This document shows positions 45,526 to 55,700 of a stretch of 64,000 bases of DNA, piece by piece. The notes beneath the pieces are model-generated. The model worked only from the letters and a program-made list of their open reading frames with translations. It was not told where the DNA came from and did no database searches. Made by a program: the position numbers and the translations under genes. The stretch lies in contig CAVUUJ010000002.1 in NCBI GenBank assembly GCA_963744655.1, positions 27,580 through 91,579 of the forward strand, read 5' to 3'. The stretch comes from an uncultured bacterium (GTDB lineage Bacteria > Verrucomicrobiota > Kiritimatiellia > PWTM01). The stretch's first letter is position 1. The number at the start of each line of letters is the position of its first letter.

Positions 45526-45741
45526 GTGACCCCCCTGGACGCCCAGTGCATCGCAAGCCTGCCCGTCGGCCCCGGCGCCTACGTCCTGCTCGGAACCAAC
45601 GGCCTGCACTACACCGGCTCGGCCCGCAACCTCCGTGAACGCCTCCGCGACCACCGTGCCGGCCGCGCCTCGCTCAGAGTTGCGCGGCAGGCTGTCCTCT
45701 GCGTGACCGTTCAACACCCAAAGACGTCGTCGTGGAAGTGA
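45526..45741 (+). pseudogene. Truncated fourth GIY-YIG copy (first 49 codons, then unrelated tail)
   Basis: Identical to the other copies through ...RDHRAGRAS (45673). It then reads LRVARQAVLCVTVQHPKTSSWK*, and the conserved LVHLE/RE..LK half is missing. Confidence 0.8.
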
Positions 45742-46000
45742 TGCGCCCCCTGCAGGATGCTTCGGGAACGCGGCATCGCAAGACCGCGTGCGGCCCGTTC
45801 CCCCACGGCGCCACAGGGAAGGCAAGGCGACACGAGTACGAGACCCCCTCGTCGGCTGCTTTCTGAACCCCTCGTGAGCGTTGGCGCGAGCAGGCAACCC
45901 CGGGCCTCAACCATGTTGCCCAACCCGGGCGGCTCGTGTACCGTGTCGCCAACCTGCGGACGACAGAGACGGCGGACACGTTTCCGGAGGAGCGCCAACC

Positions 46001-47131
46001 ATGGCCGACCTCACGATCAAGTCAGCAGAAGAAACCCGGTACGACGCGCTCTCCCTCGGCGAAATCATGATGCGCATTGACCCGGGCGAAGTGCCCACCG
46101 CCCGCGCACGCACAGCGGCCATCTGGCACGGTGGCGGCGAAACCAATGTCGCAGAGGGCCTGAGCTACTGCTTCGGCATGCGCACCGGCGTCGTGACGGC
46201 GCTGGTCGATGACGGCATCGGCCGCAACATCGAGAACCAGCTGCGCGAAGCCGGCGTCGACACATCGCACATCGTGTGGTTCAGCACCCACGGCAAGGGC
46301 GCGTTCTCCACGGACGCCAAGGGCACGCTGCACAACGGCATCAACTTCACATGGAAGGGCAAAGGCGTGCTGCCCTCGGTAACGGAGTACTACCGCGCGC
46401 ACACGCCGATTCGCCAACTGAAGCCCGGCGACATCGACTGGGCCGGCCTCTTTGCGCCGGGCGTACGCTGGTTCCACACCGGCGGAATCTACACGCTGAT
46501 CTCACCGACCTCCGGGGCCGTGGCCATCGAGGCCATGCAGGCCGCCGGCGAGGCGGGAACGATCCGCTCCTTCGATCTGAACTACCGCTCCAAGGTGGAG
46601 CCGGACAAGGACCGCGCCCGCGAGCAGAACAGGAAGATCGTCGGGCTGACCGATTTCCTGGTCGGCAACCAGAGCGACTTCGACGACGCGCTGGGCGAGG
46701 CGTGCCGCAAGGTCGGCAAGGACGAGCCGTTCGACGTGTGGCTGGAGGCCTACTCTGAAATGCTTCGCCGCGTGGCCGCGAAGTATCCCAACCTGAAGCT
46801 GATCGGAACCCAACTCCGCGGCGCCCTGAGCGCAGACCGCATCAACTGGGGCGCCGTGCTCTACGACGTGGCCGAAGACACGATGCACCAGGCTGCCGTC
46901 CGCGAGAATATCGAGATCGCCGACCGCACGGGCGGCGGCGATTCGTTCGCGTCGGGCGTCGCGGCAGCGCTGATGGACGGCCAGTCGGTTGCGGACGCCG
47001 TGCAGTGGGGTGCCGCACACGGCATCTGCGTGCAGAGCACGCCCGGCGACGCCTCGATGGTGACCCGGGCCGAGGTCATCAAGGAAGTCCAGCGCGCCCT
47101 GTCCGGCGGCGGCGTCAGCGCATTGAGATAG
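46001..47131 (+). CDS. kdgK: PfkB-family sugar kinase, 2-dehydro-3-deoxygluconokinase-like
   Basis: MADLTIKSAEETRYDALSLGEIMMRIDPGE...GGGETNVAEGL...DRTGGGDSFASGVAAAL, GGAGGA SD. GC is lower than in flanking genes. Followed by an Eda-like aldolase. Confidence 0.75.
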   Translation: MADLTIKSAEETRYDALSLGEIMMRIDPGEVPTARARTAAIWHGGGETNVAEGLSYCFGMRTGVVTALVDDGIGRNIENQLREAGVDTSHIVWFSTHGKGAFSTDAKGTLHNGINFTWKGKGVLPSVTEYYRAHTPIRQLKPGDIDWAGLFAPGVRWFHTGGIYTLISPTSGAVAIEAMQAAGEAGTIRSFDLNYRSKVEPDKDRAREQNRKIVGLTDFLVGNQSDFDDALGEACRKVGKDEPFDVWLEAYSEMLRRVAAKYPNLKLIGTQLRGALSADRINWGAVLYDVAEDTMHQAAVRENIEIADRTGGGDSFASGVAAALMDGQSVADAVQWGAAHGICVQSTPGDASMVTRAEVIKEVQRALSGGGVSALR

Positions 47132-47147
47132 GCCAGGGAGAACGGGC

Positions 47148-47892
47148 ATGCGTCACGAGAAGGAGAGGGCCAAGGTCGACGCGGCACTGCGCAGCAGCGG
47201 CGTCGTCGTGGTGATGGACCAGGGCCACATCAGGAATCCGCAGCACATGGTCACCACGATGAAGGCCGTCTACGACGCGGGCTTCGTCGCGGAAGTCACG
47301 TTCCGGATCGAGGAAGGCATCCTGCGCGAAGCCATGCAGGAACTGGTCGTCATGCGTGATGCGAGCCCGACCGACAAGCCCTTCCTCTGGGCGTTGGCAG
47401 CGTGATCAACCCGCGGGAACTCGAAGCGGCGATCGACATGGGCTTCGACATGATCGTTGCGCCCGCCAACGTCATGGGCGGGACACGGCGAAGGCGAGGA
47501 CTTTGTGAAGACCTGCCGCGACGCCGAGGTCTTCTGCGCGCCGGCCGTCTTCACACCCACCGAGATCAACTACTTCCTCGAGCGCGCCGAGGGACTGACC
47601 CCGGACGCGATCAAGGTCTTCCCGGCGCGCTCGCACGGACCGAAGGGCATTGCCGACCTGCTGGCCCCGTTTGTCGCGTGAACGCCACCGCAACAGGATC
47701 ATCATGCCCACCGGCGCGGTGAACTTCGAGACCGGCCCCGACTACATCAAGGCCATCTCGAGCCGCGGCTACACGCCCGTGCTCGGTATGTCCGCGCCCC
47801 TGGGCCTCGTGGTGGAAAGGGCCGCACCCGGCAATCTCGAGGTCATCACCGCCTCGCTCAACGACTTCAAGGCCAGGTTCAGGACGGCTTGA
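47148..47892 (+). pseudogene. eda: KDPG / KHG aldolase (Eda family), three frameshifts
   Basis: Frame 0 MRHEKERAKVDAALRSSGVVVVM...VTFRIEEG...; frame 2 INPRELEAAIDMGFDMIVAPANV; frame 0 GEGEDFVKTCRDAEVFCAPAVFTPTEINYFLE...IKVFPA...; frame 1 IIMPTGAVNFETGPDYI...LGMSAPL.... Confidence 0.75.
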
Positions 47893-47904
47893 GATAGACG
47901 CCCG

Positions 47905-48130
47905 AGCTGGTCGCTCTTCGTCATCAAAGGCAAAGCCATCGTCGTCATCGGCGCGGCCGGCGTGCTCCATGGATCGAGCGCAGGGGCGCTCGCGGCCAAC
48001 GGAGCCAAGGGCGCCCTGCTCGGCATCCTGGGCGACCAGGTTTCCGGGCCGGCCGGAGCGATCCGCGCGGGCGTCAGCGAAGCCGTGGGGCGCGCCTGCA
48101 ACGTGCTCGGACGGGAAGCGTGGAGTCGGC
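47905..48130 (+). pseudogene. Possible N-terminal remnant of a short-chain dehydrogenase (SDR)
   Basis: In-frame translation SLFVIKGKAIVVIGAAGVLHGSSAGALAANGAKGALLGILGDQ...CNVLGRE resembles the GK-x-x-VTGA-x-x-GIG...LA..GA.V Rossmann start of KduD/IdnO-type SDRs. The rest of the fold is absent. Weak call. Confidence 0.3.
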
Positions 48131-48827
48131 GCCCGCGGGTGTCCGGCACCGTGCAGCAGGCGCGGCGGCCGATCCGGCCCGCGCAGGGTCTCCCCGGTTC
48201 AGCCCTGCCGCGTCAACCGCCGGGGGGGGGCCTCCTCCGCCGGGCCCGCGACGGGCACCGTCCCTCCCCCGCGGGAAAGAGGCCTGATGTTCGGGCCCGA
48301 CGCGCTATGCTGGGGGACGATGATTCGGACGGGTGGCAGCGAAGCCGCGTAGCGACGCCGCAGGCCAGCGCACGCGGAGCGGTCTATTGCACCGGTCTTG
48401 CCACGTGAAACCCGCCCGCCGGGCGGGGGGCTGCCCGGCGTCGTGCCGCGGGAGCGGGTGCCGGGGGCGACGTGCACCGTGGCCACCCATCCGTCGGGTG
48501 CGGGCGCGCGCTGAAGGGCAACACCGTGGCGTTCGAGTTCGACGCCGCTTCCCGGCGCCGTGGTATGGCGGCAGTATCCCTCCCGTTGCCCGCCGGCACC
48601 TGCATTTCAACGCAAAACGCACTCGTCCCGGCGGCAACCCGTGTTAGCCTCGATGCGGCTCGCCAGCGGTCGCGCGAGGTGCCGACCCGCCCGGAAGATT
48701 CACGGCCCCGTGAATGATCCGGGCTCATGGGAGGGGAAGATGCCCAGCCCGTCCATCCAAGGAACACTGTACCCGCTGCCCGGCCACCGCGCCTCCGGGG
48801 GAGGCCGTTCGCAATGCAGGAGACCCC

Positions 48828-49843
48828 GTGTGCACGGGGGCGTCCGGCTGCGGATCGCCGCCCTCGCGTTTACGATCACAACGGCGGGCGCCGGCTGCGG
48901 GTTCGCGGACGACGTCGGCTCCGCCGCCAAGGAACTCCGCGCCCTCCTCGGACGCCGCCTGGGGCGGGCGAAGCTCGTAACCACACGGGAGGACAGCGTC
49001 GTCAGCGTGGAGTTGTCCACCCTGCACGTCACGGAGATCGCCGAGTGGGGTCCAGGCAGCAAGTTCTGGGGTTTGAGCACCCCGAGATGGTCTCCCGACG
49101 GAAGCCGCATCATCTGCTCCTACCGCGGGCAAGCCTTCGTCCTGGCAGCCGACGGTTCCGAGCGACACAGGATCCTCGAGGGGACGCGGTTGCACTCCCC
49201 GTTCTGGTGGAAAGACCCGCAGACCGGTGAGGACTGCGTGGTGTACAAGGACGCCGATGCCAAGGCGTGGTACGGGAAGGACGGCAACCCCGGCGCCACG
49301 TACCTCTGGCGCGCAAGCACGGGCTCCGCCCGCAAAATCGCGGACTTCCCTTGCGATGGCACGATGTCCGTCGACGGCACACACCTCGCGGAAGCCTATG
49401 GCGGCTGCCTCATCGTGAATATCCCGGAACGACGCTACCACGTCGTCTACGGCGGGCGGCAGGCCTGCAATTCGAGCATGAGTCCCGACAACACGTACCG
49501 GATCATGCACCTGTACCTGCCTCACACTCGTTTCGGAATTCGTGACAAGAACGACCGGGAGCTCTGGAACATCCCGTGTCCCCCGGGCACACAGGAGTGG
49601 CAGGTCCCGAACTGGTCGACGGACCCCGGTTTCTGCACGGCGACCGTGAAGGTGAAACAAGGGGACTACAAGCTGGCCGTCATCCGTATCCACGACAGCA
49701 AAGTGGTCGTCCTGGACCGCATGGGCGGCCGTTGGGGCAGAAGTCACCTCTGGCTGCCTCCGCAAGACAACCGGGACCTCGGCCAGGCAGCGTCCCGCCG
49801 GGCGCCGGAAGCCGCGCCGGGTGCGTCTTCCGGTGCCCGGTGA
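48828..49843 (+). CDS. Lipoprotein with TolB-like beta-propeller repeats
   Basis: GTG start after AGGAG. VHGGVRLRIAALAFTITTAGAGC lipobox. WSPDGSRIICS and MSVDGTHLAE / MSPDNTYRIM repeats are typical of WD40-like/TolB propellers. GC is lower than the window average. Confidence 0.65.
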
Positions 49844-49926
49844 CCCGCGGCGCCCGGAACCGACGGCCCGCGGGCCCCCGCGAACGCCCGGCCACGCGCC
49901 GACGGAGCGCCGCCGCGCGGGGCGTC

Positions 49927-50169
49927 TCAGCCGACGAGGCCCAGGGCGATGTAGGGGACCAGGTTGAAGACGAAGACCAGGATTTTGAATACCCCGAGGA
50001 ACGAATAGATCACGACGTTGAAGGTCTCTCTCGGCATCGGGTACCAGCGGGTGTGCACCCGGTACACCCAGCCGCCGGCCAGGGCGGTGACCAGGAACGA
50101 GAGCAGGAGCAACCCGGCATTCACCAGGGTGCACCACAGGAAGAAAGCGCGCAGGTCGGCGATAGGCAT
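49927..50169 (-). CDS. Small two-TM membrane protein of unknown function
   Basis: 80 aa, MPIADLRAFFLWCTLVNAGLLLLSFLV...FKILVFVFNLVPYIALGLVG, with [11 protein letters not shown]. Confidence 0.6.
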   Translation of the reverse strand: MPIADLRAFFLWCTLVNAGLLLLSFLVTALAGGWVYRVHTRWYPMPRETFNVVIYSFLGVFKILVFVFNLVPYIALGLVG

Positions 50170-50436
50170 GGCTCCACTCCTCCCCTGCCCGCCCCCCGGC
50201 GCACCGGCCGGCAGCCGTTTCCCGCCCCCGCGCACACGGACCAGCGGACAGAACGCCAGTGTGCGAGGCTTTCGCGCGCGGGTCAACGTCAACCGGAGGT
50301 GGACGCGGCTGTGCGCGTGCCATGTGAGCCGGCCCGGCCCCGGGCCGGATGCTCCTTCTTCCCTTTTCTGCAAAGGAACGGCCGTCGCCGTGCGTCCCCG
50401 TAGTGTGTATCATAAGCCCGGAGAGGGGAGGACACC

Positions 50437-52656
50437 ATGCACCGCCTGACGTTGCTGCGCGCGGCGATCCTGGGAGCCGTTCTGGCCGCGGGGCCCTCGC
50501 CCGCCTGCCGGATCATCCCCATCCCCCCGCCATGGCCCCCGCCGTGGCCGCACCCGCCCGTGCCCGCGCCCCCGCCGCGGCCGGAGCCGCGCCCCATCGA
50601 GACCCGTTCGCACCGGGCCGAGATCGAGATCGGCGACGGCATAGCCCGCGTGGACGTGGAGGCGGTCTTCCGCAACCCCAACGGGTTCCGGTTGGAGGGG
50701 ACGTACTTCTTCCCCATCGAGCCGGGCGCCGTGGTCAGCGACTTCACGCTGACGGTCGACGGCAAGGAGCTGAAGGCCGAGTTGCTCGAGGCGGACAAGG
50801 CCCGCGAGCAGTACGAGGCGATCGTGCGCCGCATGAAGGACCCCGGCCTGCTCGAGTTCATGGGTACCCGCATGCTCAAGGCGCGCGTCTACCCCATGGA
50901 ACCCAACGCCGACGTGAAGGTCGCGCTGCGCTATACCCAGGCGGTCCGGTCCGACGCCGGGCTCTTTCACTTCCGCTACCCCCTGCGGTCCGCGCGGCCC
51001 GAGGCGGGGAGAATCGCCCAATTGGCCCTCCGCGCGAAGGTGCGCTCCGACACGCCCGTGAAGCTGTTCTACTCGCCCACCCACCCGGTGGACGTCGTGC
51101 GGCACGGCGACAGGGAGGCCGTCGGCGGCTTCGAGGCGGCCGACACCCTGCCCGAGCGCGACTTCGACCTGTACTGGTCCCTGGACCGGGCCGACGTGGG
51201 CGTTTCCGCCGCCTCCTACCGGCCCCCCGGCGAGGACGGCTACGTGCTGCTCGCGATCGCGCCTGACGTGAGCGTCGACGACCGGCGCGTCGAACCGAAG
51301 GATATTGTCTTCGCCTTCGACAAGTCGGGCAGCATGGCCGGCGACAAGCTGCGGCAGGCCAAGGAAGCCCTCGTGTACTGCCTGGACCGGCTGCACCGCG
51401 ACGACCGGTTCGGCGTGCTCGCCTTCAGCACCGACGTCGACGCCCTCACCGACGGCCTGGCGGCGGTCACCCCCGAAACCGTCGGCGCGGCCAAGGCCCG
51501 CGTGGAGGCCCTCGAGGCGCGCGGCGGCACGGCCATCCACGACGCCCTGGAGCAGGCCCTCGGCTTGGCGGCGGCGGACGGGGAGCGGCTCGCCATGGTG
51601 GTGTTCCTCACCGACGGGAAGCCGACCGTCGGGCCGGCCGACGCCGACGAGATCCTGGCGGCGGCCGCCAAGGCCAACACCGGCAAGGCGCGGGTCTTCG
51701 CTTTCGGCGTGGGCTACGACCTGAACACGGACCTGCTCGACCGGCTCGCCACCGACAACGGCGGCACGCAGCAGTACGTCGGCGAGCAGGAAGACATCGA
51801 GGTGAAGGTTTCGAGCTTCTACGAGAAGATCGCCCAGCCCGTGCTGTCCGGCGTCGCGGTCGAGGCGCAGGGCGTCGAGCTGCGCGACGTCTACCCGCGG
51901 CGCACCCCGGACGTGTTCGCGGGCGGACAGGTGCTGCTGTTCGGGCGATACCGCGGCGGCGGGCGCGGCACGGTGACGGTGCGGGGCAAGGCGCAGGGGC
52001 GCGAGCAGACGTTCACCTGCGAGGCCGACTTCGACGGCAACGACCGGCACCGGTTCCTTCCGCCCCTGTGGGCGCACCGCAAGGTGGCCTTCCTGCTGGA
52101 GGAGATCCGGCTGCGCGGCAGGAACAGGGAGCTGGAGGAGGAAGTCGTGGCGCTCGGCAAGCGGTACGGCATTCTCACGCCCTACACCTCGTTCCTCGCC
52201 ACGGAGGACGAGACGCCGGAGCGCCGGGAGCGCGTCCTGGCGATGCGCCGCTCGTTCGAGACCGTGGTCTCGGGACGCGGCGGCGTCGGCCTCAGCCGCA
52301 ACCTCGCCGAGGCCAAGGCCGCCGACGCGGCCCTGCCCGGGGCGGCCCCCGCCACGCTCGGCTTCGGGTGGAGCCCCGGCGCCGCGCCCGCCGGACCGGA
52401 GGCCGGGCCCGAGGTGTCCGGCTTTGCGCAACGCATCCGCCGCGTGGCCGACAAGGTGTTCTACCTGGAGGCCGACGGCTTCTACTACGACGCCGCCTTC
52501 GAGGAGTCGATGAGGCCACGGATCGTCGAGATCGCGCGCATGGGCGACGCCTACTTCGAACTGCTGGGCCGGCACGCGGGCATCGGGCCCTACCTGGCCG
52601 CCGACCTGAAGATGGTGCTCTGCATGGATGGACGGGTCTACCGGATCACGGAATGA
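50437..52656 (+). CDS. VIT (vault/inter-alpha-trypsin) + von Willebrand factor A domain protein
   Basis: 739 aa with a signal peptide. A Pro/Trp-rich linker (IIPIPPPWPPPWPHPPVPAPPPRPEPRP). VIT-like block (VDVEAVFRNPNGFRLEGTYFFPIEPGAVVSDFTLTVDGKEL). VWA MIDAS (FAFDKSGSMAGDKL ... LTDGKPT). Confidence 0.85.
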   Translation: MHRLTLLRAAILGAVLAAGPSPACRIIPIPPPWPPPWPHPPVPAPPPRPEPRPIETRSHRAEIEIGDGIARVDVEAVFRNPNGFRLEGTYFFPIEPGAVVSDFTLTVDGKELKAELLEADKAREQYEAIVRRMKDPGLLEFMGTRMLKARVYPMEPNADVKVALRYTQAVRSDAGLFHFRYPLRSARPEAGRIAQLALRAKVRSDTPVKLFYSPTHPVDVVRHGDREAVGGFEAADTLPERDFDLYWSLDRADVGVSAASYRPPGEDGYVLLAIAPDVSVDDRRVEPKDIVFAFDKSGSMAGDKLRQAKEALVYCLDRLHRDDRFGVLAFSTDVDALTDGLAAVTPETVGAAKARVEALEARGGTAIHDALEQALGLAAADGERLAMVVFLTDGKPTVGPADADEILAAAAKANTGKARVFAFGVGYDLNTDLLDRLATDNGGTQQYVGEQEDIEVKVSSFYEKIAQPVLSGVAVEAQGVELRDVYPRRTPDVFAGGQVLLFGRYRGGGRGTVTVRGKAQGREQTFTCEADFDGNDRHRFLPPLWAHRKVAFLLEEIRLRGRNRELEEEVVALGKRYGILTPYTSFLATEDETPERRERVLAMRRSFETVVSGRGGVGLSRNLAEAKAADAALPGAAPATLGFGWSPGAAPAGPEAGPEVSGFAQRIRRVADKVFYLEADGFYYDAAFEESMRPRIVEIARMGDAYFELLGRHAGIGPYLAADLKMVLCMDGRVYRITE

Positions 52657-52740
52657 TGGAGCCCCCTTTCTCGTCCCTCACCGGAGCCGACCCGGACGGA
52701 CCGGGCGGGCCCGCGCTGCTTTCAGAAGGAGGAAACGCAA

Positions 52741-55700
52741 GTGAAGAAACGCCATCCGGTTGCCGTGGCCCTGCTCGTTTCGTTCGCCCTGGCCCTCGCC
52801 GCCTCCGCCGCCGACCGCACCGCCCAGTGGAAGGCGGTGGACGAGGCCATGCAAGAGGGGCTTCCGAAGACCGCCATCGAAAGGCTCGGGCCGATCATCG
52901 AAGGCGCGATGGCCGAGAAGGCCTACGCCGAGGCGATCAAGGCCATCGGCCGCAGGATCGCCCTGGAGGGCAACATCCAGGGGAACAAGCCCGAGGAGAA
53001 GATCGTCCGGATGCAGGCCGAGGTGGACCAGGCCCCGGCCGGGATGAAGCCCGTCATGGAGGCGGTGCTGGCCAACTGGTACTGGCACTACTTCCAGCAG
53101 AACCGGTGGCGGTTCCTGCAGCGGACCCGCACCGCGGAGCCGCCCGGCCCGGACATCCGGACGTGGGCCCTGCCCCGGATCCTCGCGGAGATCGGCGCGC
53201 CACTTCGACATCGCGCTCGCGGCGGAAGAGACGCTTCAGGCGATCCCGATCGCCCGGTACGACGCGCTCCTGGAGAAGGGCACGATGCCCGACGCCTACC
53301 GCCCCACCCTGTTCGACTTCGTCGCGCACGAAGCCCTGGCCTTCTACCAGGCGGGCGAGCAGGCGGGCGTCGCGCGCCGAGGACGCGTTCGACCTGGAGG
53401 CCGACAGCCCCGTGTTCGCGCCGGCGGCCGATTTCCTGCGGTGGGTCCCCGACACCGCCGACGAGGCGTCGACCACGCTGAAGGCGGTGCGCCTCTACCA
53501 GGCACTGCTCGCCTTCCACCGCGGCGACAGGGACCCCACGGCGTTCGCCGACGCGGACCTCTCGCGCCTCGACTTCGGCAACGCCCAGGCCGTCGGCGAG
53601 GAGAAGAGCGCGCGGTACGCCGCCGCCCTCCAGCGCCTGGCCGGGGAGTGGGCCGACCACGAGGTCTCGGCGGCCGCGCGCGCCCGCTGGGCAGAGGTGC
53701 TCCGCGCCGGCGGGCGACCTCGTCGAGGCCCGCAAGGTGGCGCTGCAGGGCGCGACGGCGTTCCCGGAGAGCGTCGGCGGGCGCCAGTGCTACAACCTGG
53801 TGCAGCAGATCGAGGCCCGGGAGGTCCGCATCGCCACCGAGCGGGTGTGGACCGCGCCCTGGCCGTCGATCGACGTCACCTACCGCAACATCACCAAGGC
53901 CTGGTTCCGCGCCGTGCCGTGGGACTACGAGGCGCTGCTCCGGCGCCGGCGGCTGGCAGCCCGAGACGCTCAACGACGATCTCCGCAAGGCGGTCCTCGC
54001 CGCGAAGCCGGCCCGCGCGTGGCAGGCCGACCTGCCGCCCACCGAGCGATTACCTGCAGCGGACCGAGCCCGTGCCCGTGCCCGCGGACCTCGACCCGGG
54101 GTTCTACTTCGTCCTCGCCAGCCACGACGCGGCCTTCTCCGAGCGCGACGGCAACGTCCTGAGCGCCGCCGCCGTGTGGGTCAGCGAGCTCGCCCTCGTC
54201 GTGCGCAGCCGCCCCAACGGGGGCGAGCTCGGCGGCCTCGTGGTCAAGGCCCTCTCGGGCGAGCCCGTCGCGAACGCGTCCGTGCAGGCCTGGGTGCGCC
54301 GGAACAACGCCGGCTTCGCTCCCGGGCCCGCGGCCACGACGGACCGGGACGGCCTCTTCGCCTTCACCGGCCTGAACCGCACCCACCTGCGGCTGCTCGT
54401 CAAGAGCGGCGGGCACGCGCTGGCGAGCGGTGCCTACTGGTCGAACCTCGGCCGGCCCAGCAACGTCTCGGAACAGACGTTCTTCTTCACGGACCGGTCG
54501 CTGTACCGGCCGGGCCAGACGGTCTCGTACAAGGGGCTGTGCATCCGCGCCGACCGCGGCCGGGACGCCTACGAGACGCTCGCCGGGCAAAAACTGACGG
54601 TCGTCTTCCGCGACCCGAACAACAAGGAAATCGAGCGCCGGACGCACAAGTGCAACGCCTTCGGGTCGTTCAGCGGCAGCTTCACGGCCCCGCGCGACCG
54701 GCTCACCGGGCGGATGAGCCATTCGGGTCGAAGGACGGCCCGAACGGCGCGGCGCAGGTGAGCGTCGAGGAGTACAAGCGGCCGAAGTTCCAGGTCGCGA
54801 TGGACGCGCCGAAGGAGGCCGCCCGGCTGGGCGCGCGGGTCGAGATGAAGGGGCAGCGCCACGGCCTACACGGGCGCGGCGGTCGGCGGCGCCAAGGTCC
54901 GGTGGCGCGTCACGCGCGGGGTGCGAATACCCCGTCTGGTGGCGGTGGGCCTGCTGGTGGTGGCCCCCCGCGCCCGGGGCCGTCCAGGAGATCGCCCGCG
55001 GCACCGCGACGACGGAGGCGGACGGTTCCTTCACCCTGGCCTTCCCGGCGAAGCCCGACCTCTCGGCCGACGCGTCCGGCGAGCCGACGTTCGTGTTCAC
55101 CGTCCACGCCGACGTCACCGATGCCACGGGCGAGACGCGCAGCGCCGAGCGCGCCCTGCGCGCCGGCTACACGGCGCTGCAGGCCTCGATGAGCGCGGCG
55201 GACTGGCTGGAGGCCGGGAAGCCGGTCGAGATCACCGTGCGCACCACGACCCTCGACGGCGACGGGCAGTCGGCCGAGGGCACGGTGAAGGTCTACGCCC
55301 TCAAGCAGCCGGCCCATGCGGAACGCGCGCCGATCACGGGCCGCCCGGCGCCCTTCCCCGTCGGGCGGCGCACCGCCGTCCGGCGGCCCGCGCCGGGCGG
55401 CGCACCGCCCGACCCCTCGAACCCCAACTCGTGGGCACTGGGCCCGCTGGCCGCCGAGAAGGCCTTCGGGACCAATGCCGGCGGCGCGCAGTCGTTGCGT
55501 TTCGACCTGGAGGCGGGCATCTACCGCGCGGTGCTCGAGACGCGCGACCGCTTCGGCAAGCCCGTGACGGCGCTCCTGCCGCTGCAGGTCGTCGACATCA
55601 GGGCGCGCACGTTTGCCGTGCGCATCCCGAACCGCGTCGCGTCGCCCTCGTGGCGGGTGGAGCCGGGCGAGTCGCTGCTCGCGCTGTGGGGCACGGGGTA

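Larger units (their letters stand above)
44183..45673 (+). repeat. Head-to-tail tandem array of 413-bp units, 3.6 copies, each holding a tRNA-Tyr 3' half, a spacer, a GIY-YIG ORF and a 30-nt twin hairpin
   Basis: Units start at 44183, 44596, 45009 and 45422. Units 1-3 read identical. Unit 4 lacks one A (CAAAAG becomes CAAAG, about 45474), and identity stops at 45673 inside the ORF. The ORF track confirms this: identical 95-aa ORFs at 44701 and 45114, and identical antisense ORFs offset by 413. Confidence 0.95.

Noticed and set aside
44195-45551. Three 176-178-aa minus-strand ORFs, and several 68-99-aa ORFs, repeated through the tandem array.
   Set aside because: They exist only because the unit is repeated. 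They run antisense through the tRNA 3' halves and the GIY-YIG frame and have no recognisable domain. The plus-strand GIY-YIG frame has the motif pattern and the GC3 bias.
44183-45673. CRISPR array interpretation of the regular repeats.
   Set aside because: The period is 413 bp and the whole unit is repeated. There are no short repeats alternating with unique spacers, and no cas genes in the window.
47962-48828. ORFs 47962..48408, 47969..48352, 48199..48486, 48305..48637, 48384..48767 and the 5' part of 48560..49843.
   Set aside because: None has coding-like composition beyond the short SDR-like stub. The region is treated as non-coding or degraded. The TolB-like gene most plausibly starts at GTG 48828, just before its lipobox.
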